Made by a program: the position numbers and the translations under genes
In this document: piece by piece, positions 1 to 8,683 of the stretch
How positions within the stretch are numbered: position 1 is the first letter of the stretch
Layout: every line of letters starts with the position of its first letter
IMG/VR virus record: IMGVR_UViG_3300049846_001486
Span: 64,001-76,849 of that record
Length of the DNA stretch: 12,849 bases
Origin: a virus
Lineage: Duplodnaviria; Heunggongvirae; Uroviricota; Caudoviricetes
Strand: one strand, 5' to 3'
Notes under the pieces: model-generated
Seen by the model: only the letters and a program-made list of their open reading frames with translations
Databases searched by the model: none
What the model was told of the DNA's origin: nothing

Positions 1-42
1 TTGATTAAGTTTTGCGACTTCTTTGAAACGGTAATGAAATAA
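1..42 (+). CDS. 3' end of an upstream gene (LIKFCDFFETVMK*), product unknown
   Basis: Frame 1 is open from base 1 to TAA at 40-42. The stop overlaps the next ATG (TAATG), typical of translational coupling. Too short to assign a function. Confidence 0.6.
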   Translation: MIKFCDFFETVMK

Positions 43-773
43 TGTATCTAGATGATAAAAAATTAGTATTCTGCACTTTAGCGATTGGGGAACTTTACAG
101 ACATAGAGTTTCTACTCAAATACAAAGTATTTTAAAGTTCACTCATCACCCAGTATATGTAATAACAGATTCTCCGGAATGGTTTAGAAATTATTATGGA
201 GAAAGAGTTAAATTTATAGATATAGCTACTCTTAATTTTAAGCCTTGGAGCATAACAGACGCGGTAGGTAGATTCAATTACAATTTAAAACTTTGGCCTA
301 TAAAATGGGTCGCTGAAAATACAGATGCTCAAATGATAGTTTATATGGATGCTGATTCTTTCTTATTTGGTTGGGATAGATTGACCTATAGATATTTCTT
401 AGATGATAGTGGCAAGTCTGCTATGTTCGGTCGCTTCAGGTCTAATTTGAACAACAATGATTTTCCAGAAGTGAAGAAAAAGGCAGAAACCTTAGAGATA
501 AATATATCGGAAATGGATACGCAGCTTCCAATTGAAAACATAATGTTCTTTAGAAATTGCGGAAATGATTTAAAGGTATTTATTAATAAATGGGAAGAAT
601 TAGCCGATATAACTATTACTAAAGGTCAAACTTGTTTCTTTGAGGCTGTAGAATTGGCAATAGCTTTGAATTTGACAAACTTGAAATATGTCCATGTAGG
701 CAACGGCTTTCCATATTCGGATAATTTTAGAACTTTGCATAATGGAGAAATCCATGTGCCATTTGTAATTTAA
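42..773 (+). CDS. Putative GT-A fold glycosyltransferase (243 aa)
   Basis: N-terminal beta-strand LVFCTLAIG, then YVITDSPE, and a hydrophobic strand ending in a DxD motif (MIVYMDADSF). The layout resembles GT6/GT8-like enzymes; the family cannot be fixed by eye. Confidence 0.7.
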   Translation: MYLDDKKLVFCTLAIGELYRHRVSTQIQSILKFTHHPVYVITDSPEWFRNYYGERVKFIDIATLNFKPWSITDAVGRFNYNLKLWPIKWVAENTDAQMIVYMDADSFLFGWDRLTYRYFLDDSGKSAMFGRFRSNLNNNDFPEVKKKAETLEINISEMDTQLPIENIMFFRNCGNDLKVFINKWEELADITITKGQTCFFEAVELAIALNLTNLKYVHVGNGFPYSDNFRTLHNGEIHVPFVI

Positions 774-781
774 GGGTTTAT

Positions 782-2419
782 ATGAAGAAGAACATCACTT
801 TAGTAACTGGACTTTTTGACTTAGGTAGAGGGAATCTACAGGGAGGATTCAATAGGTCATTTGACCATTATATTGAATGCTTTAAGCGTTTACTTAATGT
901 TGATTTCCCTATGGTTATTTTCGTTCCGCCAGAATTAAATTCTGTAGTATGGGAAATAAGAAAGCCAGAAAATACCAGAATCATAAACAAGACCGTAGAA
1001 GAGATGAAAAATAACTTTCCGTTCTACGACCGTGTACAGAAAATCAGAACCAATCCAGAATGGATTAATCAGTCTGGTTGGATTGTAGATAGCACACAAG
1101 CTAAGTTGGATATGTATAATCCGATAGTCATGAGCAAACAGTTCATGTTGAATGACGCTGCTATCTTTAATTTCTTCGAAACTAAACACTTTATGTGGAT
1201 AGACGCTGGTATTTCTAATACGATAGGAGAGCCGTCTGGATATCTAAATGAAGAATTCGAAAGAAGAGTTACTCCATTATTGAACAAAATGTTGTACATT
1301 TGCTTCCCTTATGGTCCAGATGTTCCAGAAGTTCACGGATTCAACAAAGCCAAGATGAACGAATACGCTGGTGCTGAAACCGCATGGGTGGCAAGAGGCG
1401 GCTTCTTTGGTGGACCAAAAGAGACCATTCATCAAATAAACGATATTTACTACGGTCTACTTAATGATTCCACATACAACGGTTTGATGGGCACAGAAGA
1501 AAGCATCTTCACCATAATAACTTACAAACATAAAGATAAGTGTAATGTTAGAATGATTGAAGGCAACTGTCTTATTTTCGAGGACTTGAAAAAAGAAGAA
1601 TTGCCGCCAGCCTTTGATGAAAAAATCGCCGTATATGTTTTAACTTACAACATCCCTAAGCAATTTGAATTATGGGTCAAGTCTTTCAAAGAAACTTTTC
1701 CAAACGATTTCAACAACTGCACCAAGTATGTGATAAACAATTCAAATGACCCTAATGTTGATGCCGAATATAAAGCTCTATTTGCTCAATACGGTTTCAA
1801 AGAATACAAATTTGACAACATAGGAATTTGTGGCGGGCGTCAATTTGCTGCCGACCATTTCCATGATAGTCCACATAGCTATATGATTTTCTTTGAAGAC
1901 GATATGCTATTCCACAATAAAGAAGGTAAGTGTAAGTCTGGGTTTACCACCTATCATCCAGAGCTTTTCGATAAAGCTGTGGACATTCTTAACAATGAAA
2001 AGTTAGATTACCTTAAGCTTACTTTCAGCGAGTTCTACGGTGATAATCACGACAACTGGGCTTGGTATAATGTTCCGTTAGACAAGAAGGACATATATTT
2101 TCCACAACGCGCCGACCATGTTAGTCCGAAGAAAGTAAAGATTGAATATACCGGAACTCACAGAGGAATGCCATTTGCGGTAGGTGAATATTTCTATTGT
2201 AATTGGCCTCTTCTTTTCTCCAAAGAAGGAAATAAAAAAGTATTCATAGATACTAAATTTGAACACAAATACGAGCAGACTTGGATGAGTTTCGTTATGA
2301 CCTTAATGAGAGAAGGTAAAGTTAAGGCCGGATGTTTGTTGGCTTCTCCAATAAACCACCATAGAGAAATTTATTATGATGGAACGAAGAGAAGAGAAAA
2401 TGAGTTCTACAAAAATTAA
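782..2419 (+). CDS. Two-domain protein: N-terminal HtrL/YibB (WlaTC/HtrL)-like domain fused to a C-terminal GT2-like GT-A domain (545 aa)
   Basis: N-half: ITLVTGLFDLGR...RSFDHY, FMWIDAG, GGFFGG, TEESIFT, which are HtrL/YibB-like. C-half: IAVYVLTYN, YVINNS, NIGICGGRQ, YMIFFEDDML, which are GT2-like with an acidic metal motif. SD AAGGG at about 772-776. Confidence 0.75.
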   Translation: MKKNITLVTGLFDLGRGNLQGGFNRSFDHYIECFKRLLNVDFPMVIFVPPELNSVVWEIRKPENTRIINKTVEEMKNNFPFYDRVQKIRTNPEWINQSGWIVDSTQAKLDMYNPIVMSKQFMLNDAAIFNFFETKHFMWIDAGISNTIGEPSGYLNEEFERRVTPLLNKMLYICFPYGPDVPEVHGFNKAKMNEYAGAETAWVARGGFFGGPKETIHQINDIYYGLLNDSTYNGLMGTEESIFTIITYKHKDKCNVRMIEGNCLIFEDLKKEELPPAFDEKIAVYVLTYNIPKQFELWVKSFKETFPNDFNNCTKYVINNSNDPNVDAEYKALFAQYGFKEYKFDNIGICGGRQFAADHFHDSPHSYMIFFEDDMLFHNKEGKCKSGFTTYHPELFDKAVDILNNEKLDYLKLTFSEFYGDNHDNWAWYNVPLDKKDIYFPQRADHVSPKKVKIEYTGTHRGMPFAVGEYFYCNWPLLFSKEGNKKVFIDTKFEHKYEQTWMSFVMTLMREGKVKAGCLLASPINHHREIYYDGTKRRENEFYKN

Positions 2420-2981
2420 TGAACGATTTTTCTGTGTAAGTTTACCAAGAACAGGAACCAAAAGTCTATGTAAGATGTTTGGGATTCTTGGATTTAATTT
2501 TAAACACAATCCGGGGCCGAATGCCCGCCATTACATAAAGAATAAATCTATTCATATGTTTGCTGATACGCCAATATACAGCCCTTCTGTATTCTTGGAA
2601 TTAGCAAAAGAACCAATTAATAAATTCATATACATTAACCGACCTGTAAATGAATGGGTGGAATCCTTTGAATATGTTAGATTGGATAAAAGTTATGCGG
2701 ATTATTTAAGTAAACCGGATGATTTTTATGGAGAAAAGGGAGCCTTAGATAAAAAGTGTCTCTTAGAAATGTTTAATAATGTCACGGAATATACTACCGA
2801 GTTGGCCCGCGAATCTTACCACAGACACAGACAAGCTGTTATGACTTTAGATAGTAATAGGTTATTGATTTACAAATTCGAACAAGGATGGGAACCTTTA
2901 TGTGAATTTGTTGGCAAACCGGTACCGTCTGAACCAATCCCAAAAATAAACTCTAAAACTCTTTACGAGCCTATCGTTTAA
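2400..2981 (+). CDS. Sulfotransferase family protein (P-loop, Sulfotransfer_4-like)
   Basis: 5'-PSB-like loop FFCVSLPRTGTKSL..LGF and family C-terminal signature LLIYKFEQGWEPLCEFVGKPVPSEPIPKIN. Start at ATG 2400 is preferred over the track's 2376, but this is uncertain; it overlaps the previous gene by 20 nt. Confidence 0.8.
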   Translation: MSSTKINERFFCVSLPRTGTKSLCKMFGILGFNFKHNPGPNARHYIKNKSIHMFADTPIYSPSVFLELAKEPINKFIYINRPVNEWVESFEYVRLDKSYADYLSKPDDFYGEKGALDKKCLLEMFNNVTEYTTELARESYHRHRQAVMTLDSNRLLIYKFEQGWEPLCEFVGKPVPSEPIPKINSKTLYEPIV

Positions 2982-4159
2982 GGTAGGGTTATGTTGACAA
3001 TCGAATCGCTAGATGGTTCGATGCCTACGGTCAATGTATAAGTTATGCTCAAAATTCTATCGGAAGACTTTAAGATTGGGTCGAAAATGAAGTGCGTCAA
3101 TAAGCGTTCGCGCTCTAATGTAGCATCGTCATCGTTGGCAATACCAGCAACATCACCGACAGCGGATTGAACATTGACATTATCGCAGTTACCAGAAGTC
3201 AAAACATTGAATAATTCAACTGGGTCCGTATTGTTACAATTTAAAGTAACAGTAGAAGTGCTTCCTGTGGTCAAACTCTGGAAGGTCAAATATCCATAAG
3301 ATTCTGCGCCAACTATAGAAGAATATCCGCCACCAGAAGTATCTGTAATGAATACATATGCGAATGATGGAATAGAGTCTCCTGAAGTAATCCATGCTCC
3401 GGTGTTTATGCCTTCACAAATATCACCGTAAGTTATTTCGCCGCTAGGCCCGCTACCAGAAGCCGGAGTAGTAATTTCCGTAGAATGGTTTACTCCATCT
3501 ACATCTAAATTAATGCTGTATACAGTATTGACTGCTAATAAACTAATATCTTCAGAAGTCTTTGTGCCTAGGCTTACATTAGAATATCCGCTTGTAGCTT
3601 TTGCCTGTTTTCCAGAACTATATAATCCGATTTCATCAAATTGAAAATAATCGTCGGAAGGAGTTAAAGTATAAGCGGCTAATTGGCTGCTAGGTTCGTT
3701 CTCATTCAGGAACACGGTTATAACGACATTAGACTTCGTACCAACCTCTTCCGAGACCACCCCACCACCAGCAGGGTCATCCCCCGGAGAAGCGCCACCG
3801 CCGATTCTAACGCTGTTGTCGTCGGCGGAACCGAGGTCGCTGCCGAAATTAACATTGTCTTCATCTACGATTTCAGAATAAGTTTCATTATATAGACGGG
3901 ATTCCCAGCCATCGCCGTTGTTTCCATCATTAGGAGTTTTATAAACAATATTGTCTGCGGCATCTAAGAAAGTTCCGCCATTGCCGAAAGCCATTCTATT
4001 AATTATATGGTTGCCTTCGTTTGCCAAAGCTCTGGCAATGATTCTTGACATATTCTGTGTATGAATTGCATTGGTTTTATCAACCAAGACTTCTTTAGTC
4101 TTGTGGTCTCTAATTACGACTCGGCCTTTTACGCTTACTTTGAAATCTACTTTTGACAT
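2978..4159 (-). CDS. Putative virion structural protein (baseplate/tail-collar-associated type), 393 aa
   Basis: Motifs NAIH..NMSRIIARALANE, RMAFGNGGT, FDEIGLYS and LLTHFIFDPILKS..ITYTL, which I recall from large-phage structural proteins. SD AGGAG at 4168-4172 and TATAAATA at 4180-4187 (minus strand). The specific role is inference. Confidence 0.6.
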   Translation of the reverse strand: MSKVDFKVSVKGRVVIRDHKTKEVLVDKTNAIHTQNMSRIIARALANEGNHIINRMAFGNGGTFLDAADNIVYKTPNDGNNGDGWESRLYNETYSEIVDEDNVNFGSDLGSADDNSVRIGGGASPGDDPAGGGVVSEEVGTKSNVVITVFLNENEPSSQLAAYTLTPSDDYFQFDEIGLYSSGKQAKATSGYSNVSLGTKTSEDISLLAVNTVYSINLDVDGVNHSTEITTPASGSGPSGEITYGDICEGINTGAWITSGDSIPSFAYVFITDTSGGGYSSIVGAESYGYLTFQSLTTGSTSTVTLNCNNTDPVELFNVLTSGNCDNVNVQSAVGDVAGIANDDDATLERERLLTHFIFDPILKSSDRILSITYTLTVGIEPSSDSIVNITLP

Positions 4160-4179
4160 TATAAAGTCTCCTAACCTTA

Positions 4180-4187
4180 TATTTATA
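4180..4187 (-). promoter_or_regulatory. T4-type late promoter TATAAATA
   Basis: Exact match to the T4 gp55 late consensus, 20 nt upstream of the ATG at 4159. Confidence 0.75.
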
Positions 4188-4201
4188 CAAGTTACTGGAT
4201 G

Positions 4202-4230
4202 TTTATTTCTACAAATTTTTGTGCTATACT
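4202..4230 (+). promoter_or_regulatory. Sigma70-type promoter for thyA
   Basis: Extended -10 TGcTATACT (4222-4230), with TTTATT (4202-4207) as -35 at 17 bp spacing. Confidence 0.6.
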
Positions 4231-4263
4231 ATTAGTATATATCTGATAAAAATGAGGGAATTC

Positions 4264-5196
4264 ATGGAAAAATATATCAATTATGACTTAGAATACAATA
4301 GGCTAGCAGAAACCGTTATAAACACAGGTTTTTGGAAATATCATGAAAGGACCGGCAAAAAATGCCTAACTTCTTACGGTCATATGTTGAAATTTGACCT
4401 TTCTGATGGTAGATTCCCTGCCTTAACCACTAAAAAATTATTAATGAAACCTATGATTGCTGAACTACTAGGGTTTATTCGTGCCGTTGACAATGCGGCC
4501 ACTTTTAGAGAATTAGGTTGTAATTTCTGGGACGCCAACGCTAACCTAAGTAAACATTGGGTCGAGAACCCCAATAGAAAGGGAACGGATGATTTGGGTA
4601 GAATTTATGGAGTACAGGCCAGAGATTGGAAGCACTCTCCATCTATTAAACGCGAAGCCCTTGGTTATGAATGGGATGAAACTATTGAGTTTAAGCATTG
4701 CGACCAATTACAGATAGTGGTTGATAAATTAAAGCAAAATAAAGACGACCGCCGCCTTATTGTATCTCATTGGAACCCCGGTGAACTAAATCAAATGGCT
4801 TTACCTCCATGTCATTTATTATATCAGTTTGGTTTAAGAACTGATATCTATGGCACTTCATATTTGGATATGTGTCTGTATCAAAGGTCTGCTGATATTC
4901 CATTAGGCGTTCCAATGAATATAGCAAGTTATGCGTTGATGCTTCAATTAATATCTAAGATAACTGGACATAAGCCCGGAGTGTTTACCCATTTTATTTG
5001 GGATGCTCACATTTATGAAGACCAGTTAGATTTGTTGAAAGAACAGATTACTAGAACGCCATTTGATGCGCCAACACTAGTTATTGACACTAGAATAGAA
5101 TCATTGGAGGATTTAGAAACTTGGTGTACTACTGACAATTTCAAATTATTGAATTATCAGCATCACCCTCACATAAAGTTCCCGTTTTCTGAATAA
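4264..5196 (+). CDS. thyA: Thymidylate synthase (310 aa)
   Basis: FPALTTKK, ELLGFI, DLGRIYGVQ, RRLIVSHWNP, catalytic MALPPCH, LYQRSADIPLGVPMN, DAHIY. Start moved to ATG 4264 because SD GAGGG lies at 4254-4258; the track start at 4219 overlaps the promoter. Confidence 0.97.
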   Translation: MEKYINYDLEYNRLAETVINTGFWKYHERTGKKCLTSYGHMLKFDLSDGRFPALTTKKLLMKPMIAELLGFIRAVDNAATFRELGCNFWDANANLSKHWVENPNRKGTDDLGRIYGVQARDWKHSPSIKREALGYEWDETIEFKHCDQLQIVVDKLKQNKDDRRLIVSHWNPGELNQMALPPCHLLYQFGLRTDIYGTSYLDMCLYQRSADIPLGVPMNIASYALMLQLISKITGHKPGVFTHFIWDAHIYEDQLDLLKEQITRTPFDAPTLVIDTRIESLEDLETWCTTDNFKLLNYQHHPHIKFPFSE

Positions 5197-5976
5197 TTAA
5201 CCGGTTAGACCGACTACGGTAATGTACACCGGTCTTGCAGTAGGAATTATTACAGACGCCGTGTTAACATCGGTAAAAGTTACTGATGTTGGTGTTATGG
5301 TAGCAAATGTTTCTGCATCTATTACTGTGACTTGACAGGTTCTAGTATTCAAGTTATGAGTAACTAGATGATTGGTGGCGTAAGTCATATTGGTGAACTT
5401 GTACCACCACTTTCTATTGATGAAAGTTTCGGAATCTAAATCATAGAATAGCCCGTCGTTATCTGCTAAACCAGAGGTTTGAACATCTGACAACGATACC
5501 ATAGACACTTGTAAAGTGTTGTCAGGTAAAGTATTGATATCTCCAATAACATAATCACTTCCGTTGAAGAATAAAATATAACCCGGCGCTGGAGTATCAA
5601 CCTCAACATCTGATAAATCTGCTAAAGAAATTTCTCCCAATACAGGTATGGCCGCGTCTAACTGAGCTATAACATCAAATAGTGTGCTGTTGGAATCTAA
5701 ACCGCTGACATTAACTAGTGCATTGAAATCTGTTGGGTTGAAGGTGAAATCATTATTAATCCAATTTGTGCCTAGTGTGGTGATTAACGGGGAAGCTGTA
5801 TCAACGGCAACTTGAATAGTAACCCAAGTTACTCCATTGTTGTAATACATTAACCCATCTTTGTAAATTATAATACCGGCATCAGCAGCATCGAAGGCAG
5901 GTAAATCTTCAACGAGTTCCGGTCGCATATTAATAATGCTGGCATTTACTAATTCTATATTCGAAGCGTATTTCAT
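5197..5976 (-). CDS. Putative virion fibre/decoration protein (259 aa)
   Basis: Fibre-type N-terminus (GIIIY..MYYNNGVTW). Two L.DLSDV...G.L.(F/Y)(N/D) repeats at about aa 117-143 and 158-188. C-terminal VTHNLN...VTVID...SVTFTDVNT domain. SD AGGTGA and TAAATA upstream. Confidence 0.65.
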   Translation of the reverse strand: MKYASNIELVNASIINMRPELVEDLPAFDAADAGIIIYKDGLMYYNNGVTWVTIQVAVDTASPLITTLGTNWINNDFTFNPTDFNALVNVSGLDSNSTLFDVIAQLDAAIPVLGEISLADLSDVEVDTPAPGYILFFNGSDYVIGDINTLPDNTLQVSMVSLSDVQTSGLADNDGLFYDLDSETFINRKWWYKFTNMTYATNHLVTHNLNTRTCQVTVIDAETFATITPTSVTFTDVNTASVIIPTARPVYITVVGLTG

Positions 5977-5993
5977 TTTATCACCTTAATCAA

Positions 5994-6002
5994 TATTTAT
6001 TA
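5994..6002 (-). promoter_or_regulatory. Late promoter TAATAAATA overlapping the upstream stop codon
   Basis: TAAATA at 5994-5999, 17 nt before ATG 5976. It is directly preceded by the TAA stop (6000-6002) of the 885-aa gene. Confidence 0.65.
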
Positions 6003-8657
6003 CAAACAGACCTCTTCATGAATGAATGTTATTGCTACAGTCAATACTTTAGAATTTCCATTAGTATCACTTATTGTACATTTATATTGTCCAGCCCCGG
6101 ATATTCCCGAAGTTCTACCTATCGTTACAGTAGAAGTTGTGGCTCCTGAAGTTATGTTTCCTCCCCCCGATACTTTAGACCAAAGATAAGAATATGCAGG
6201 ATTTCCACCAGAAGGAACTGCTGTATATTGTACTTCCGTGGTACATTGTGTTTCGTATAATTGAGGTGCCGCACAATAACTACAATATAAACTATCGCTA
6301 TAAGTCGGAGAAGTTCCAGTCATTGCTTCGCCTCCAGTCAAAATGCCATCTAATATAGGTGGGGAACTGGAAGGAGTTACTGTAGGAGTTGGAGTATTGG
6401 TTCTAGTCGGTGTATTCGTTGGAGTAACTGTAGGTGTTGCCGAACTTGTTGGAGTTATGGTTGGAGTATTTGTAGGTGTCTTTGTAGGAGTTACCGTTGA
6501 AGTAGGCGTATTGGTTGGGGTTACCGTTGGGGTTACCGTTGGGGTTACAGTAGAAGTCTTTGTTGGAGTAGGCGTATTCGTTGGGGTTACTGTTGGGGTT
6601 ACAGTAGAAGTAGCCGTATTAGTCGGAGTTGCCGTATTCGTGGGTGTGACGGTATTCGTCGGAGTATTCGTAGGAGTTACGGTCTTAGTTGGAGTATTGG
6701 TTGGTGTCGCTGTAGGAGTCGGAGTTACGCACAAATCTTCATGTTCCCAATAAATGGTTACTGTAACTTCTTTGAGGTTAGAGTTTGTATCTGTTACCGT
6801 CAATTTGAATACACCATTAGTGCCTGACCCTGCTCCGGTTCTGGATATAGTAGCATTGGCCGTAGTAGACCCTGCTGTTATGTTGCCAGTACCAGAAACT
6901 TTAGTCCAAGAATAGGTATAGGCCGGATTTCCTCCTGAAACTGACGCCGTGTATATTTGTGTATTAGTACAAACATTTACTCCCTCTGCGGTGCAATACG
7001 AACAGAAAGGATAATCTTCGTAAGTGGTGGCACCTGTCTGCAAAAAGCTTCCGCTTGTAGTTGACGATAACGATATTGCCAAGACTGGAGGTGATGTTGA
7101 AGGAGTTACTGTTGGTGTTGGGGTATTCGTTGGCGTTCTAGTTATGGTAGGGGTAACCGTAGGAGTATTTGTCGGCGTCAAGGTATTCGTTGGGGTTACA
7201 GTTATTGTTCTCGTTGGAGTTACCGTATTCGTTGGGGTTACTGTTGGTGTTGGAGTTGCTGACGGTGGTAATCCCGGAGTATTCGTTGGCGTTACCGTAT
7301 TTGTTGGAGTTCTTGTAGTTGTGTTTGTCGGAGTAACCGTTGGTGTTGGTGTAGGGCTTGGACCCGGTGGATTACAATTTTCTTCATGATTGAAATAAAT
7401 TGTTATATCTTCAGTATCAACATTTGAGTTGGTATCTGATACGGTCAGTCTGAATGTTCCGGAATAGTTTCCTTGGAAACGATTATATCCTATTGTTACT
7501 ATTTGCGAGTTGGCACCAGCTAAAATAGCACCATCGCCGGATAATTTAGTCCAAGCAAATGAATACGGCGGATTTCCGCCAGTTGCGTTTCCTGTAAAGT
7601 TTCCAGAAGATTGACAGATGTTTATGCTTTGTTCAGGGCATACGAAACAATAAAGATTTGTATCTCCGGATATTGACCCCTGTAAAGGAGGTGGCGAACT
7701 AGAAGGAGTGACTGTAGGAGTTCTAGTATTCGTCGGCGTCATAGTTGGTGTCACGGTGCTAGTAGGGGTCAAGGTTGGAGTATTCGTTGGGGTTCTTGTT
7801 GCTGTAGGAGTTACGGTTAAAGTAGTAGAAGCTGTAGGTGTATTAGTCGGTGTAACGGTATTAGTTGGTGTTACTGTAACGGTTGGTGTAACGGTATTCG
7901 TCGGGGTGCGTGTTGATGTTGGAGTATTCGTTGGGGTAACTGTCGGAGTAATAGTAACAGTATTAGTCGGTGTAACAGTATTAGTTGGAGTACGGGTTGA
8001 TGTTGGGGTATTCGTTGGAGTAACTGTTACTGTAGGAGTAACTGTACTAGTGGGTGTTATGGTATTGGTTGGAGTTACAGTTGGAGTTATAGTTGGAGTT
8101 ACCGTAACTCCCGGAGTTGGAGTATTCGTTGGGGTTCTTGTATTGGTTGGGGTTACTGACGGAGTAACGGTATTAGTTGGAGTATTTGTCGGCGTAATAG
8201 TTAAAGTTGGAGTTACAGTTGGTGTTCTTGTATTAGTTGGAGTTACCGTATTCGTTGGAGTTACAGTAGGACTTGCTTGAGCAGTTTTTGTAGGAGTTGC
8301 TGTATTCGTTGGCGTCGGAGTGGTTGATAATGTTGGGGTTGGAGTTGGGGTTACAGAAATATCATTTGCACAACTTTCTGTATCTGTGAAAATCATTATA
8401 TTGGCAAATCCCTGTGTAGGGCTATTGAAAATAATTTCTATGTTATTTTCATCTAATATAGAAATTTCAGGAATAATTAATTCATTATTCACGAATACAT
8501 TGACATTGACATTGATTGAATTTTTATTATGACCAATGGACCAAACTTCTAAAGGTGTGGCTTGGACATATTGAAAAGCACATGCTATTAAAGGATTTTC
8601 ATCCTTTAATATAAGCTTTCCAGTTTTAAAATCCCTATATAATACCTTGTAAGTCAT
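6000..8657 (-). CDS. Mucin-like Thr/Pro-rich fibre protein with three Ig/PKD-like domains (885 aa)
   Basis: N-terminal beta-domain (aa 1-91), then three (T/S-X)n stalks, each followed by a domain with consensus CxxC..C..GGNP.Y.(Y/F).W.K.SG.G.I...G.(F/Y)..T..DTN...HE..C. SD AAGG and TAAATA upstream. Confidence 0.8.
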   Translation of the reverse strand: MTYKVLYRDFKTGKLILKDENPLIACAFQYVQATPLEVWSIGHNKNSINVNVNVFVNNELIIPEISILDENNIEIIFNSPTQGFANIMIFTDTESCANDISVTPTPTPTLSTTPTPTNTATPTKTAQASPTVTPTNTVTPTNTRTPTVTPTLTITPTNTPTNTVTPSVTPTNTRTPTNTPTPGVTVTPTITPTVTPTNTITPTSTVTPTVTVTPTNTPTSTRTPTNTVTPTNTVTITPTVTPTNTPTSTRTPTNTVTPTVTVTPTNTVTPTNTPTASTTLTVTPTATRTPTNTPTLTPTSTVTPTMTPTNTRTPTVTPSSSPPPLQGSISGDTNLYCFVCPEQSINICQSSGNFTGNATGGNPPYSFAWTKLSGDGAILAGANSQIVTIGYNRFQGNYSGTFRLTVSDTNSNVDTEDITIYFNHEENCNPPGPSPTPTPTVTPTNTTTRTPTNTVTPTNTPGLPPSATPTPTVTPTNTVTPTRTITVTPTNTLTPTNTPTVTPTITRTPTNTPTPTVTPSTSPPVLAISLSSTTSGSFLQTGATTYEDYPFCSYCTAEGVNVCTNTQIYTASVSGGNPAYTYSWTKVSGTGNITAGSTTANATISRTGAGSGTNGVFKLTVTDTNSNLKEVTVTIYWEHEDLCVTPTPTATPTNTPTKTVTPTNTPTNTVTPTNTATPTNTATSTVTPTVTPTNTPTPTKTSTVTPTVTPTVTPTNTPTSTVTPTKTPTNTPTITPTSSATPTVTPTNTPTRTNTPTPTVTPSSSPPILDGILTGGEAMTGTSPTYSDSLYCSYCAAPQLYETQCTTEVQYTAVPSGGNPAYSYLWSKVSGGGNITSGATTSTVTIGRTSGISGAGQYKCTISDTNGNSKVLTVAITFIHEEVCL
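6363..6728 (-). repeat. Thr/Pro dipeptide-register stalk 3 of the 885-aa protein (about 122 aa)
   Basis: TPTN/TVTP-type 12-18 bp imperfect tandem units. Confidence 0.9.
7092..7370 (-). repeat. Thr/Pro stalk 2 of the 885-aa protein (about 93 aa)
   Basis: Same unit types, plus PPGPSP and GLPP interruptions. Confidence 0.9.
7695..8357 (-). repeat. Thr/Pro stalk 1 of the 885-aa protein (about 221 aa)
   Basis: Imperfect tandem [10 protein letters not shown] units. Confidence 0.9.
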
Positions 8658-8674
8658 TAATTATAACCTTGTTT

Positions 8675-8683
8675 TATTTATTA
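8675..8683 (-). promoter_or_regulatory. Late promoter TAATAAATA overlapping the upstream stop codon
   Basis: TAAATA at 8675-8680, 17 nt before ATG 8657. It is directly preceded by the TAA stop (8681-8683) of the 811-aa gene. Confidence 0.65.

Noticed and set aside
2376-4263. Track start sites 2376 (sulfotransferase) and 4219 (thyA)
   Set aside because: 4219 is a non-ATG start inside the promoter while a good SD precedes 4264. 2376 gives a 44-nt overlap, so 2400 is preferred with modest confidence.
4264-5196. ThyA-like protein as a dCMP hydroxymethylase feeding DNA glycosylation by the nearby GTs
   Set aside because: It keeps the dUMP-specifying Asn (PMN, equivalent to E. coli N177; dCMP hydroxymethylases have Asp). 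The GTs look GT-A/LPS-like, not GT-B like T4 glucosyltransferases. DNA modification is disfavoured but not formally excluded.
5198-5207. Perfect palindrome TAACCGGTTA at the thyA junction as a terminator or operator
   Set aside because: No loop and no U-tract, it lies inside coding sequence, and it is a single occurrence; likely chance.
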